From positions 1,024,001 to 1,088,000 of the forward strand of contig OY730476.1 in the NCBI GenBank assembly GCA_963422735.1: a stretch of DNA of 64,000 nucleotides, given 5' to 3'. Each line of letters starts with the position of its first letter. Positions within the stretch are counted from its first letter, which is position 1. The position numbers and the translations under genes were made by a program. Positions 1-10,169 of the stretch are shown here, in pieces. The notes under the pieces were generated by a model that made no database searches, was not told the DNA's origin, and saw only the letters and a list, made by a program, of their open reading frames with translations. Origin of the DNA: Candidatus Latescibacterota bacterium. Its GTDB lineage: Bacteria; Latescibacterota; UBA2968; UBA8231.

Positions 1-94
1 CGCGCAGCCCGTGCCCCTCGTTGCTCTGTTCGCCGAGCAAATCCCTGATCTTCTCGGCCGCAGCTTCCGTGATAGTTACCATAATTGCATTCCC

Positions 95-556
95 TCAAGA
101 TTCGTAAATGGCGCATTCGATGAGATCGGGAACCTCGTCGTGCTTTCGATAGACCTCGCAGCGGTGGCAATCCCGCTCTACGACCTTGACCGTACAACAA
201 AAACAGCCACTGAGAATCTCAATGGCCCGCCGATTCCGCTCCTTCATAAGCGAATACTGGCGAATACGCGCGTCGATTCGGCGCTCTTGCTCGGTTAGAT
301 GCGCGACGAGTTCGCGCGCCAAGCTGCCCCCCGACTCGTTGCAGTGCTTCAGGTTGAAGAACGCACGGATGTGCTCCAGGTCGAACCCCAAATCCTTAAG
401 GCTCTGGACGATTTGCAAGCGGCGCAATTGCGCTTCCGAATACAGGCGAAACCCGCCTGCGGTACGCTCCTCTGGCTCGACGATTCCCAATTCTTCATAG
501 TAGCGAATCGTGCGCGGCGTAACCCCGGCCTTGGCGGCCAAATCCCCTATTTGCAT
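95..556 (-). CDS. MerR-family transcriptional regulator with Cys-rich C-terminus
   Basis: MQIGDLAAKAGVTPRTIRYYEELG...GGFRLY is a MerR HTH. Start set at ATG 556. C-terminal CFCC...CHRC. Confidence 0.9.
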   Translation of the reverse strand: MQIGDLAAKAGVTPRTIRYYEELGIVEPEERTAGGFRLYSEAQLRRLQIVQSLKDLGFDLEHIRAFFNLKHCNESGGSLARELVAHLTEQERRIDARIRQYSLMKERNRRAIEILSGCFCCTVKVVERDCHRCEVYRKHDEVPDLIECAIYES

Positions 557-589
557 GGAGACATCCCTCGCTGCAAGGTTCTGGCAAGC

Positions 590-618
590 AATGTACTTGA
601 CGTGAACGTAAGTGTCAA
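590..618 (-). promoter_or_regulatory. sigma70-type promoter with overlapping dyad operator upstream of the MerR gene
   Basis: Minus strand reads TTGACA-17nt-TACATT. 597-618 is an imperfect palindrome TTGAC-GTGAACGTAAGT-GTCAA. Confidence 0.7.
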
Positions 619-649
619 TGAACCGACCAGACAGATTTGCTATTTTATA

Positions 650-898
650 ATGTTTAAGCCAACATCTCCGAAAGAGCGAGTATCCCTCACCTACGCACTC
701 GCCGCCGGCCTGCGCGTGTACAACGCCCTCGGCCAAGCCGTGTGCATCCTTTTGCGCCAGCATCGGGAAGCGGGGACGCATCAGATTCATTGGGATGGAA
801 AGGACGATCGGGGACAGCCGTTGTCCAGCGGCACCTACTTATTTACCATGCGCACCGGCTCGGCCCGCCAGGCGACGAAGATGTTACTCCTGCGCTGA
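650..898 (+). pseudogene. Isolated FlgD-Ig / C-terminal sorting domain (probable remnant of a larger secreted protein)
   Basis: LRVYNALGQAV..L....AGTHQIHWDGKDDRGQPLSSGTYLFTM...KMLLLR, with no signal peptide or passenger domain. Confidence 0.65.
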
Positions 899-1837
899 TT
901 CTACTGACTCGATAAACCCATCGACGCTGAAATAGCGAAACCCAGTATCGCAGAGCATGGTCACCAGACGGGCCTCCGGGCCTAGGGCACTGGCCACCTG
1001 CAAACTGGCCGCCACATTGGCCCCGGACGAAGGCCCCAACAGCAACCCTTCCTCACGGGCCAAGCGGCGGGTGTAGTGAAAGGCCTCGTCGTCGTCTATT
1101 TGCACGATCTGGTCGATCAATTCCCGGTCGAGGACTTCGGGAACAAAACCCGCGCCAATCCCCTGAATGCCGTGCAAGCCGGCTGCACCCCCCGAAAGCA
1201 CGGGCGAGCACTTAGGCTCGACGGCCACTACGCGCACATCCGGCACAGCTTGCTTGAGCACCTCCCCAACGCCGGTTATGGTGCCGCCAGTTCCCACTCC
1301 GGCGACAAAGGCGTCTAGCTCACCCCCGGTGGCCGAGAGAATCTCCTCGGCCGTGGCCCGGCGATGGGCCTCTGGGTTGGCTGGGTTAGCAAACTGCTGG
1401 GGAATAAACACGCCTTCGGGATCTTCGGCCTTGAGATCTTCGGCCTTGCGGATGGCCCCGGGCATGTCTTCGTCCCTAGGCGTTAGCTCGATCTCCGCGC
1501 CGTAACTGGCCATGACCTGCCGCCGCTCCAAGCTCATGCTCTCGGGCATGGTCAGCACCAGCCGGTAGCCCAGTACTGCCGCGGCGAGAGCCAGCGCAAT
1601 TCCGGTGTTGCCGCTGGTAGGCTCGACGATGGTCATGCCCTTTTTGAGCTGGCCGGCCGCCTCGGCGGCGCGGATCATGCTGACGCCGATGCGGTCTTTG
1701 ACGCTGCCGGTTGGGTTGCGCGCTTCGAGTTTGCCGTAGAGCTGGCTGCCGTTGGCGGGCACGACGCGGTAGAGGCGTACGAGGGGCGTGTCCCCCACCA
1801 ACTGCAAAATGTCGTCTGCGGTCTTGCGCTTGCTCAT
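884..1837 (-). CDS. cysK: Cysteine synthase A
   Basis: [16 protein letters not shown] (PLP Lys), [23 protein letters not shown]. Start MSKRK overlaps the upstream stop. Confidence 0.95.
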   Translation of the reverse strand: MSKRKTADDILQLVGDTPLVRLYRVVPANGSQLYGKLEARNPTGSVKDRIGVSMIRAAEAAGQLKKGMTIVEPTSGNTGIALALAAAVLGYRLVLTMPESMSLERRQVMASYGAEIELTPRDEDMPGAIRKAEDLKAEDPEGVFIPQQFANPANPEAHRRATAEEILSATGGELDAFVAGVGTGGTITGVGEVLKQAVPDVRVVAVEPKCSPVLSGGAAGLHGIQGIGAGFVPEVLDRELIDQIVQIDDDEAFHYTRRLAREEGLLLGPSSGANVAASLQVASALGPEARLVTMLCDTGFRYFSVDGFIESVESAQE

Positions 1838-3894
1838 CCTTCGGCCTTCAACTGCTTCACCAAGTCCGCGGCCGTAGTTAGCGGCCGTGAGCAGGTCGCG
1901 TCGCGGCACACGTACGCCCGACCGCCAACCGCCAGCTTTCCCTCCAGCAGCGGCAGTGCGACCGCGGCTTCATCCACCCCAAGGCCAGCACCCAACACGA
2001 CCTTATTGGGCGCAAAGCACCGGTGCAGCGCGGCTGCAAAAGCCCAGCACTCAGCTTGGTTCCCCACCAAGACGACCTCCGTGGGTCTCGCCAAGTAGAA
2101 GTCGAGGGCGCAGAGCATCTGCGCTCCAGCGGAAGGAGCGCGGCGCAATAGCTGATCGAAGAGGGCGAGAGTCTGCTCGCCCTGCTGCCACAACGCTTGG
2201 TCGCCTTTCATCGCCCCCAAGCGCAAAAGTGCCAAAGCCCCCAGCGAGTTGCCCGAGGGCGTGGCGTTGTCAAACGGGTTCTTGGTGCGCACGATCAAGT
2301 CGGTCGCCTCGGCCGCCGCATAGAAAAATCCCCCGTGCTCTCCATCCCAAAACCGCGCTACCATCTCGGCGGCCCAATGCTCGGCCGCCGTAAAAAAGCG
2401 CAGTTCAAAGCTCGCCTCATACAGGTCGAGCAGGCCGTTGACCAGACAGGCGTAGTCGTCCTGATAGGCCGGAATTCGCGCCCGACCGTCCTTGTAGGTG
2501 TGCAAAAGCCGGCCGTCGTAGACCATGCGCTCCAAGATGAAGTCGGCCGCCTCGACAGCCGCTCGCAGGTAGCGACTTTCCCCAATAACCTGATAGGCGC
2601 GGGCCATCGCGCTGATCATTAGCCCGTTCCAAGCCGTCAGAATTTTGTCGTCGCGCCCGGGGGCAACGCGCTGTTGCCGCGCCGCAAGCAGCACTGCACA
2701 TCCGCACTCTACTACTTGAGCCAGCCGCTCCGGCTCTACCTCGAGGAAGCGTGCAACCCCCTCTAGCTCGTCTTCCACGTGCAAAATATTTCGCCCGTAC
2801 TCGAAGTTGCCCTCGGGCACAACGCCGTAATAGCGGGCAAAGAGCGCGGCATCTTCTTCGCCCAGCAGGACTTCAATCTCTTCTAGCGGCCAAGTAAAAA
2901 ACCGGCCTTCTTCGCCCTCGCTGTCCGCGTCCTGCGCCGCGTAGAAGCCGCCTGCGGGCTGCGTCATCTCGCGCAGTACATAGCCGAGGGTGTGCTCGAC
3001 GACCTCGCGGTAGAATTCGTCTTGAGTCGCCTGATAGGCTTCGAGATAGGTCCACACCAGCAAGGCGTTGTCGTAGAGCATTTTCTCGAAGTGAGGTACT
3101 AGCCAGCGCTCATCCACCGAGTAGCGGTGAAAACCCCCTCCAAGCTGATCGTACATCCCCCCTCTAGCCATGCGCTTGAGCGTGTACTCAGCGATTTCCA
3201 GCGCACGCTGGTCGCCTCGTCTAACATAGCACCGCAACAGCAGGGACAAGCTCATACTCGGCGGAAATTTGGGCGCGTCGCCAAACCCTCCGTACCTGCG
3301 GTCATACGTGGATTTGAGCTGCTGACAGGCCCCGTTGAGGACCTCTTCTCCGGGGACGCCGCCCGGTGTCAAAAACTGGGCGTGTTGCTGAAGCGCGTGC
3401 ATGAGCTCAACGGTCTTTTCGGCGACTCCGGCGCGGTTTTCCCGGTAGTAATCTGCTATCGCTTGGAGCACCTTCGGAAAACCCGGCCGCCCGTGGCGGT
3501 CTTCGGGTGGGAAGTACGTTCCGCCGTAAAAAGGCTTCAAATCCGGCGTTAGAAACACCGTCATTGGCCAGCCCCCCTGGCCGGTCATCGCCTGCACGGC
3601 CGTCATGTAAATCTCATCGACATCGGGCCGCTCTTCGCGATCGACCTTGATGTTGACAAAGTGCGCGTTCATGCGCTGGGCGATTTGCTCGTCTTCAAAT
3701 GATTCGCGCTCCATGACGTGGCACCAATGACAGGCCGAATACCCCACCGAGAGCAAGATGGGGCGATCGGCGGCCCGAGCTGCGGCCAGCGCCTCCTCGC
3801 CCCAGGGATACCAATCGACGGGATTATGGGCGTGCTGGCGCAAATACGGACTAGATTCGCCGACAAGGCGATTGGTGTGTTTGTGATCGGACAT
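1834..3894 (-). CDS. Thioredoxin-domain protein, YyaL/SSP411 (DUF255) family
   Basis: [55 protein letters not shown]. Confidence 0.93.
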   Translation of the reverse strand: MSDHKHTNRLVGESSPYLRQHAHNPVDWYPWGEEALAAARAADRPILLSVGYSACHWCHVMERESFEDEQIAQRMNAHFVNIKVDREERPDVDEIYMTAVQAMTGQGGWPMTVFLTPDLKPFYGGTYFPPEDRHGRPGFPKVLQAIADYYRENRAGVAEKTVELMHALQQHAQFLTPGGVPGEEVLNGACQQLKSTYDRRYGGFGDAPKFPPSMSLSLLLRCYVRRGDQRALEIAEYTLKRMARGGMYDQLGGGFHRYSVDERWLVPHFEKMLYDNALLVWTYLEAYQATQDEFYREVVEHTLGYVLREMTQPAGGFYAAQDADSEGEEGRFFTWPLEEIEVLLGEEDAALFARYYGVVPEGNFEYGRNILHVEDELEGVARFLEVEPERLAQVVECGCAVLLAARQQRVAPGRDDKILTAWNGLMISAMARAYQVIGESRYLRAAVEAADFILERMVYDGRLLHTYKDGRARIPAYQDDYACLVNGLLDLYEASFELRFFTAAEHWAAEMVARFWDGEHGGFFYAAAEATDLIVRTKNPFDNATPSGNSLGALALLRLGAMKGDQALWQQGEQTLALFDQLLRRAPSAGAQMLCALDFYLARPTEVVLVGNQAECWAFAAALHRCFAPNKVVLGAGLGVDEAAVALPLLEGKLAVGGRAYVCRDATCSRPLTTAADLVKQLKAEG

Positions 3895-3935
3895 GATTTA
3901 TTGATAATACGATTCTATGGCCGTTGGCGATAGAG

Positions 3936-4744
3936 TTACGCAGGAACGAATGACCTAGGTACTTGCCTGTAGATAGTCTTCATAGATCGCCGACGATGGC
4001 GCGGAAGCCGCTCCGCCTCAGCGCGAAATTTCGCACTTTCGCGGTGGCAGTGTAGCTCCCGATAGCACCTTTCGAGGGCATCCTGATAGGCCGAGGGCAA
4101 GGCTGCAATCTGCAACGCGCGCATCTCGCCAAAGCTGATATTCGGCGTACCCACTCCGTTGGCGTAGGCGGCGATCTGCTCGCGGCCCAGCCGAGTCTTT
4201 AAAAAAACCAAGCGTAAAACGGATTGAGCCCCTCCAACCGAATCAGATCGACAAAACAGCACACATTGGCCGGCCCGCTCCCCCAATATACAGCGAGGCG
4301 ATTCCGGCCCAAGGCCCCGGGGCGTACGCTCGTAGAGACCGGTTTCGGCGATGTCGCCCTGCCGGACGACCGGCACTCCGGCCTCTACGTGCTGAGGACG
4401 GCTGCCCGTGACAATCGGCCCGTACGTCAAATGGCAGATGTACTCCCCCAAACGGGACCAGTCGCAAGCGGCCTGCCATGCGATGCACAACTGTGCGCCC
4501 TTGCCAGAAGCGCGAATCCCAACGCCGGGCGCACAGCGCGCACGGCCCCCGGCCCCCGGCGGGCTGGCGCGCCGAGCAAGATCTGGGTGGCTCCACGCTC
4601 GGCCTCTTCCCGATCGGCGCGATCAGCCGCACCTCAGTACGCGTTAGCAACCAATCGCGTGCACACGGCGTCCCACGCCAGCCGCGCAACCGCTGTGGGC
4701 GTAAGGTGCTGGGCTAGGGTTTTTGCGTTTCCCCCGTTACTCAT
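3936..4744 (-). pseudogene. Collapsed remnant of an N6-adenine methyltransferase / TRD (type I or IIG R-M) gene
   Basis: Fragments in several frames: MSNGGNAKTLAQHLTPTAVARLAW (GQFFTP-like), RDWLLTRTEVRLI, and TRD-like RLGEYICHLTYG...FLKTRLGREQI..ANGVGTPNISFGEMRALQI. Catalytic motifs are missing. Confidence 0.55.
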
Positions 4745-4843
4745 CAGTGTATCCCATTTGGGGCAATGGCCGCTTATTGCGGCGCGTCAAACAACCTATA
4801 TAACAAATTGCCAAACAAACCATTGGGCGCACAGGCGGCTCGC

Positions 4844-4859
4844 TGGCACACTTTCTGCT
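4844..4859 (+). promoter_or_regulatory. Putative sigma54 (-24/-12) promoter for ssb
   Basis: TGGCACACTTTCTGCT has exact GG-N10-GC spacing and lies about 60 bp upstream of the ssb RBS (AGGAGG). Confidence 0.6.
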
Positions 4860-4921
4860 AACGCATAGCTACGCGGTCCGCCAACGGACGCCTCACTCAT
4901 TCATCTATCAGGAGGAACTTC

Positions 4922-5308
4922 ATGCCGACCTTAAGGATGCCCAACATCAACCAAGTCGCCCTCAGCGGCCGCTTGGTGCAAGAGCCCGACTTCCGCTTTA
5001 TGGACAACGGTGCCGCCCGCCTGCGAGGACGGATCGCCGTCAACCGCTCCTATCGCGATCGCAATCAAGAATGGCAAGAGGAGACCTCCTTCTTCGACAT
5101 CATCCTCTGGCAGAAAGCCGCCGAGACCTTGGCCGAACGCCTGCACAAGGGCACGCCGGTCTTTATCACCGGCCGTCTGCAAAGCCACTCTTGGCGCGAC
5201 GACGCCGACCAGCCCCGCTTCCGCGTCCAAGTGCAGGTGCGGAACCTGCAAGTTCTAGAAAAAGATGCGGAAGACATGCAGGAAGAAACCGCCCTCCGGG
5301 TGGCTTGA
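4922..5308 (+). CDS. ssb: Single-stranded DNA-binding protein, short form lacking the DDIPF tail
   Basis: INQVALSGRLVQEP, IAVNRSY, ETSFFDIILW, KG.PVFITGRLQSHSW. Strong RBS. Confidence 0.9.
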   Translation: MPTLRMPNINQVALSGRLVQEPDFRFMDNGAARLRGRIAVNRSYRDRNQEWQEETSFFDIILWQKAAETLAERLHKGTPVFITGRLQSHSWRDDADQPRFRVQVQVRNLQVLEKDAEDMQEETALRVA

Positions 5309-5377
5309 GCAAGGAATGTGCGCGGGCAGGCGGGTGCAGTCGGCGGACGAACGAGACGCGCCGCGCCCGGCCCGCGC

Positions 5378-6559
5378 TTATTCCACTCGCTCGAAGAGGG
5401 CGGCAATGCCCATTCCCCCACCAATGCACAGCGCGGCTATACCCAGCCTGACGCTGCGCTGCTGCATCTGGTGCAAAAGCGTGGTGGCGATGCGCGCGCC
5501 GCTGGCACCGACAGCATGGCCGATAGCAATGGCGCCGCCTTGGACATTGACCTTATCCCAGTCCCAACCCAGCTCCCGTCCCACAGCAAGGCTCTGGGCG
5601 GCGAACGCTTCGTTGAGTTCGATCCGATCTACATCTTCGAGCCGGGTCTCCGTCTGGGCCAACAACTTGTGGATGGCTGGTGCCGGACCGATACCCATAA
5701 TGCGGGGATCAACACCAGCACTGGCCGTTGCCCGGAGATAGGCCAGCGGTACCAGCCCGCGCGCCTTCGCCCCTTCCTCGGTCATCAACAGCAGCGCGGC
5801 GGCCCCATCGTTGATTCCCGAAGCATTGCCCGCGGTCACGGTACCATCTTTTTTAAACGCCGGTTTGAGCTGACTTAGCTGATCGACGGTGGTCCCGGGG
5901 CGTGGATACTCATCTGTTGCAAAGACGGTCTCCCCGCCTTTTTGCGCGATGGCTATGGGCACAATTTGGCCTCTAAATGCCTCCTCCTCTTGGGCACTGG
6001 CCCACCGCTGTTGACTCCGCGCGGCGAATTGGTCCTGCTCGGCGCGGGTAATCCCGTATTCTGCGGCCAAATTTTCGGCCGTAATTCCCATGTGGCAGTC
6101 GTAAAAACAATCCCACAGCCCATCGAGCAGCAGCATGTCCTCAATAGGGCCGTGCCCTAGTCGCTGACCCCACCGCGCCCCGTGCAGGACGTAGGGTGCC
6201 TGACTCATATTCTCCATGCCCCCGGCCAGCACCACCTCGGCTTCGCCGGCCCGCAAGGCTTGCGCAGCCAGCGCAATCGCCTTCAGCCCTGAGCCGCAGA
6301 GCTTGTTGACCGTCATCGACGGCACCTCGTACGGCAGCCTCGCAGCGATGGCCGCTTGGCGCGCTGGATTGGCCCCGGCCCCGCCTTGATAGACCATGCC
6401 CATCAGCACTTCATCTACTTCGCCCGCTTCCACTTGGCTCTCCTCCAATGCAGCGGCGAGCACCTTGCTACCTAGCTCCGCCGCCGTCATGTCTTGCAAC
6501 GCACCGCCAAAGCGGCCCGTGGCCGTGCGCCGCGCGCTGACTACAACTGGATCTGTCAT
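5378..6559 (-). CDS. Acetyl-CoA C-acetyltransferase (thiolase)
   Basis: NKLCGSG, NEAFAAQ, GGAIAIGHAVGASG, CIGGGMG. Confidence 0.95.
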   Translation of the reverse strand: MTDPVVVSARRTATGRFGGALQDMTAAELGSKVLAAALEESQVEAGEVDEVLMGMVYQGGAGANPARQAAIAARLPYEVPSMTVNKLCGSGLKAIALAAQALRAGEAEVVLAGGMENMSQAPYVLHGARWGQRLGHGPIEDMLLLDGLWDCFYDCHMGITAENLAAEYGITRAEQDQFAARSQQRWASAQEEEAFRGQIVPIAIAQKGGETVFATDEYPRPGTTVDQLSQLKPAFKKDGTVTAGNASGINDGAAALLLMTEEGAKARGLVPLAYLRATASAGVDPRIMGIGPAPAIHKLLAQTETRLEDVDRIELNEAFAAQSLAVGRELGWDWDKVNVQGGAIAIGHAVGASGARIATTLLHQMQQRSVRLGIAALCIGGGMGIAALFERVE

Positions 6560-6633
6560 GTTTTACCTTTCGCTTCTGCGTGACCGCGTTGACGCAGTGC
6601 AGCCACTAACTTAATTTTTTGCACACCAGATAT

Positions 6634-6709
6634 GGGGCTGTAGCTCAGCTGGGAGAGCGCGGGCTTTGCAAGCCTGAGGTCGTCGGTTCGATCCCGATCA
6701 GCTCCACCA
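6634..6709 (+). tRNA. tRNA-Ala(TGC)
   Basis: 76 nt GGGGCTG...CAGCTCCACCA with anticodon loop TT-TGC-AA, GTTCGAT T-loop, G3:U70 pair and encoded CCA. Confidence 0.98.
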
Positions 6710-6806
6710 ATTATCGCGGCGCACACGGGTCAAACATAATTAGTCCGATCCAAATTCGACACCCGCTCGATGGCCGGTCGCAGTTCCGCCGAAAAGCCTG
6801 AGTCCG

Positions 6807-6896
6807 CTACAAAGAGCGATATCCAGCACGGCGATGGTCTATGCGAAAATCCCTAGCACTAGAAGAAGTGAACTGAACAGAATATCGTTCAGCCAT
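6807..6896 (-). pseudogene. Truncated RelE/ParE-like toxin
   Basis: MAERYSVQFTSSSARDFR resembles a RelE N-terminus, overlaps the upstream antitoxin stop and ends after 29 aa. Confidence 0.5.
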
Positions 6897-7092
6897 CCGT
6901 GCTCCGCTGCCGTTCTATCTCTGTCTCCATTTCCGCTTTCAGTTCTTCCCATGGGATTGTGGGTTCGCCCCGTCTGGCCTCGATAATCATGCCGTCGTAT
7001 ATGTCTTCCCATAACTCGCCCCATCCCTCAAGGTCAACGAGGACCGATTTCGCGTTGCCGCATTCGTCAACTGGGAATTGGATGCTTTTCAT
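6889..7092 (-). CDS. Small acidic antitoxin-like protein
   Basis: 67 aa MKSIQF..DE.GN.KSVLVDL...GELWEDIYD......RRGEP.IPWEELK, typical of RelE-associated antitoxins. Confidence 0.6.
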   Translation of the reverse strand: MKSIQFPVDECGNAKSVLVDLEGWGELWEDIYDGMIIEARRGEPTIPWEELKAEMETEIERQRSTDG

Positions 7093-7195
7093 GGTCTGGT
7101 TTTCCTCCCAAGCAATTGCTGGATTTTTCATAAAAAACAAACCTTGCTCGGCCTAAGGGCGAGAGCTTTCCACCCCTCCCCACTTCGCACTTTCT

Positions 7196-8782
7196 ATGGA
7201 GGACAAGATGCCACACGACAGATGGAGGCTCATCTACGTCAGCGACCCCTCGGGCAATGCCAACTACGATTTTGACCCGGGCAAAGCGCGTCCCCTCATA
7301 ACATCACACCCCGCCAAGCCTGAGGAGCTTAGGAGCATAATCGACAATGTCGCCGCCAATAGGCCCGATACCTTTATCCAAGAGGTCTATAACGCCGGCT
7401 GGACTTTGTACTTTCGCTCCCCGCGCTTCGAGTACGACGCCCGTCCCCAGCACCGGCGCTTTATTCCCATGATGGACAACGGGATCATGCCGCTGCAGGT
7501 GATGCTCGACCAAGCCCGTAAGCACGGGATGAATTTTCTCGCTGGTCTTCGCATGAACGACAGCCACGGCGCACCCGATCAAGGGGGGATGTTTCTCCAC
7601 AAGAACCCGCAGTGGAAAATTGAGGAGATGCCACCGGGCACGGCCTTCGTTCCCGGCAATAGGATGGATTTCACCTTTGCTCAGGTGCGGGACTACCTCT
7701 TCTCAGTGATGGCCGAGGTCGTCGATCAATTCGACGTAGATGGGCTTGAGTTGGTCTTCCGCGAAGGTCTTTACTTTCCGGCCCCCCAAGGCGATAGAAG
7801 CCTGTCGCACGAGCGCCAACCGCTTATGACTGAATTGATCCGGCGAGTGCGGGACATGCTGGACCAAGCCGGAAACAGCCGGGGCCGCGCACTGGTGTTG
7901 GGAGTCCGCGTCCCAGAAACGCTGGAGGAGTGCCACAACAGTGGTCTCGACGTACCCACTTGGATAGCGGAAGCACTCATCGACTACGTTGCTCCCCAAG
8001 ATGCCATGTATTCTGATTTCAACGCCCCATACCAAGAATTCAGCCAGCTCACCAAAGCCACCAAGTGCGAGTTCATCCCCGGCCTCCTCCCCTATTGCGC
8101 CAACCTCGACCGCACCGGTCCGCCATTGACACTCGAAAACTACCGCGCCTTGGCCCTTGCGTTTGCCCGCCAAGGTGCCGACGGGGTCTCCATGTACAAT
8201 TTTCAGATGCACTGGGATGCCTTCTGGAAATCGACCCGAGATCCAGGGTCGGAAGCCATGTATCCCCTAGCCCTTAGCTACCTGCGAGAGCTGCGGGATC
8301 TGGCCAAAGTTACCGGAGGTGCTCGACACTATCTCTTTCACCCTATGTGGGAAGGCTCTACGGCCTTTGGATCTCCGGGCACGACCGCAGGTGGGGCTAT
8401 TAGAGACGCCAAGATCCACCTTGAGCGGACGGCGGAGCAACCTTATGGCCAGTATCATTTTCGCCTGTACGAAAACTTCGACGAGATCGTCTTCGCCAAG
8501 CTGTTCTTCCGCGCTACGGGCTTGGGGCCTTATGATCGGATTGCTGTCGATATCAACGGCACGGCCATCCCCGCCGACGGGGTGCGCCGCATCTGGCACA
8601 GCGACGGCCGGCCCCAGAATCAAGGGCGGCCGCTCCCCGCGCATACGACCGGCATTATCGATCTGTCGTCGCCGCCCGTACGCGACGGCGACAATGCCCT
8701 CGGCGTCCGCTTGCTATTCTCCGGCCTCCCGGAAGGGGCTGTCGTCATCGATGAAATAGAAGTGACCGTGCTGCCGCGATAG
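7196..8782 (+). CDS. GHL10-like (glycosyl hydrolase-like TIM barrel) protein with C-terminal beta-sandwich
   Basis: FLAGLRMNDSH, MDF...VRDY....EVV..FDVDGLELVF, GLDVPTWIAE.LIDY, GADGVSMYNF. Confidence 0.65.
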   Translation: MEDKMPHDRWRLIYVSDPSGNANYDFDPGKARPLITSHPAKPEELRSIIDNVAANRPDTFIQEVYNAGWTLYFRSPRFEYDARPQHRRFIPMMDNGIMPLQVMLDQARKHGMNFLAGLRMNDSHGAPDQGGMFLHKNPQWKIEEMPPGTAFVPGNRMDFTFAQVRDYLFSVMAEVVDQFDVDGLELVFREGLYFPAPQGDRSLSHERQPLMTELIRRVRDMLDQAGNSRGRALVLGVRVPETLEECHNSGLDVPTWIAEALIDYVAPQDAMYSDFNAPYQEFSQLTKATKCEFIPGLLPYCANLDRTGPPLTLENYRALALAFARQGADGVSMYNFQMHWDAFWKSTRDPGSEAMYPLALSYLRELRDLAKVTGGARHYLFHPMWEGSTAFGSPGTTAGGAIRDAKIHLERTAEQPYGQYHFRLYENFDEIVFAKLFFRATGLGPYDRIAVDINGTAIPADGVRRIWHSDGRPQNQGRPLPAHTTGIIDLSSPPVRDGDNALGVRLLFSGLPEGAVVIDEIEVTVLPR

Positions 8783-8806
8783 CTCTTGCTCTTCAGCCAA
8801 GGAGAA

Positions 8807-9371
8807 ATGCTGTGCCGAGGAGCGATCCCGAGCTCTGGAACCGACGCACGAGCGCGGCGACTTATATGGACCAACCTGCGCTGGACCCTCACCCACATCT
8901 GGCCGGACAGGCGGGCACTGGCCTTGGGCATCGTCGCCGTGCAAACTCTGTCGGTGCGGGGGGCGCTGGCTTTGAACAGGCCCTGCCGTGGCTTATAGCA
9001 TTCGGGCTCGTGCTTCTGCTCACAAGAGATGTGCAGTGGAAGGTGCGGTACGCGCTCCACCTACGGCTGAACACGCGCTCGGCCATCGCTTGCTGGCCAA
9101 GGCGTCGAGGCTGCAGATCGTCTTCTTTGAGGTAAGCGCGTTCCACGATCAGCTAGAACGCGCCAAGCCCCCGGGGCACGCGATCAATCGGTTCTACTTC
9201 GCGGCCATGCACGGATTTGAGGTCGGCATCCAAGCCCTCTCCATCGCGGCTATGTTCGCCTTAGTCTCTCCGTGGCTCTCTCTGACTCTTCCAATTGTAC
9301 TGGTACCGCAGATTCGACTGGCAGTTGTTGCCCTGGCAATCCTTGGAAGAGAGGAAATCCCGATCAGGTAG
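8807..9371 (+). pseudogene. Frameshifted N-terminal fragment of an ABC exporter permease
   Basis: Pieces across frames: WTNLRWTL..IW...RALALG, LPWLIAFGLVLL, FHDQLERA, AMFALVSPWL..TLPIVLVP. Confidence 0.5.
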
Positions 9372-9728
9372 GCTCTCGAATTCGTCTAGCGATATGTCCA
9401 TGTTCTCAACTTCGCTCTGAAAGAGACTCAGGATGACCACGCGAGCTACCCGGTCTTCCCGTTTTCGAGATCGTCTAGTTCCTGCTTTAACTCGAAGACC
9501 GCATCTTTGATCTCCTTCTGCCGCCGTGAGTGGAGTTCGGCTCTCTGCCGCCCTAGACCGCCCAGTGTTCCCAGAGATTCTCGGGGACTTCTCGCTTGAT
9601 CTTCTCCGAGCAACCGCGAAAAAGACGATTAAAAGGCCGTATCTTGTATGATTACGCTGCTACAAAAAGAAAGGCCGCATAGTTCGCATCTCCGATAAGT
9701 GGAATAGCGCGAAGCACCCCCCAATATA

Positions 9729-9760
9729 AGTCATAAGTCGCTACCGCAGACTTATTGACT
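9729..9760 (+). promoter_or_regulatory. Inverted repeat (candidate operator) overlapping TTGACT upstream of the CBM48 gene
   Basis: AGTC-ATAAGTC-N9-GACTTAT-TGACT. Confidence 0.45.
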
Positions 9761-9822
9761 TTTTTCAAACATCCACGTTCTTTGATTTTGTTCCCCTTTG
9801 ACCAACAGGAAAAGGTCCTACT

Positions 9823-10095
9823 ATGACGACGACTAACTCTAAAAAACGCAAACTTTTCAAACTTTTAGCCCCGCAGGCGGAAAGCGTTTACTTGGCCGCC
9901 TCCTTCAACGATTGGGATCCACAGGCCCGCCCGCTCAAAAAAGACACCCAAGGCCTGTGGAAAACTTCGGTCACGTTACCTTTGGGCAAGCACGAATACC
10001 GCTTTGTGGTCGATGGCGAATGGCGCGATGACCCGCAGTGCCGGGAGCACCACCCCAATCCCTTCGGCACCACCAACTGCATTTTGCACGCCTGA
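9823..10095 (+). CDS. Stand-alone glycogen-binding CBM48 / isoamylase early-set domain protein
   Basis: AESVYLAASFNDW, GLWKTSVTLPLGKHEYRFVVDGEWRDDP, NPFG. Confidence 0.88.
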   Translation: MTTTNSKKRKLFKLLAPQAESVYLAASFNDWDPQARPLKKDTQGLWKTSVTLPLGKHEYRFVVDGEWRDDPQCREHHPNPFGTTNCILHA

Positions 10096-10126
10096 TCTCG
10101 CCGCGCCTTTAGGCGTACGCCCACCG

Positions 10127-10148
10127 CCTCACGACGGAAACGGCACGG
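10127..10148 (-). repeat. Copy 3 of the 3' end of the 658-aa gene
   Basis: cctcacgacggaaacggcacgg matches 12328-12349 at 21/22 and includes the stop codon. Confidence 0.8.
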
Positions 10149-10169
10149 CTTGCGCAATAGTGGCGAAGC

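Noticed and set aside
9357-9367. 11-bp match (atcccgatcag) to the tRNA-Ala T-arm as a possible attR
   Set aside because: Too short, does not extend to the tRNA 3' end, and no integrase is present; could be chance.
9372-9640. Possible minus-strand coding debris (e.g. RQKEIKDAVFELKQELDDLE)
   Set aside because: Interrupted by stops and frameshifts, with no recognisable family.
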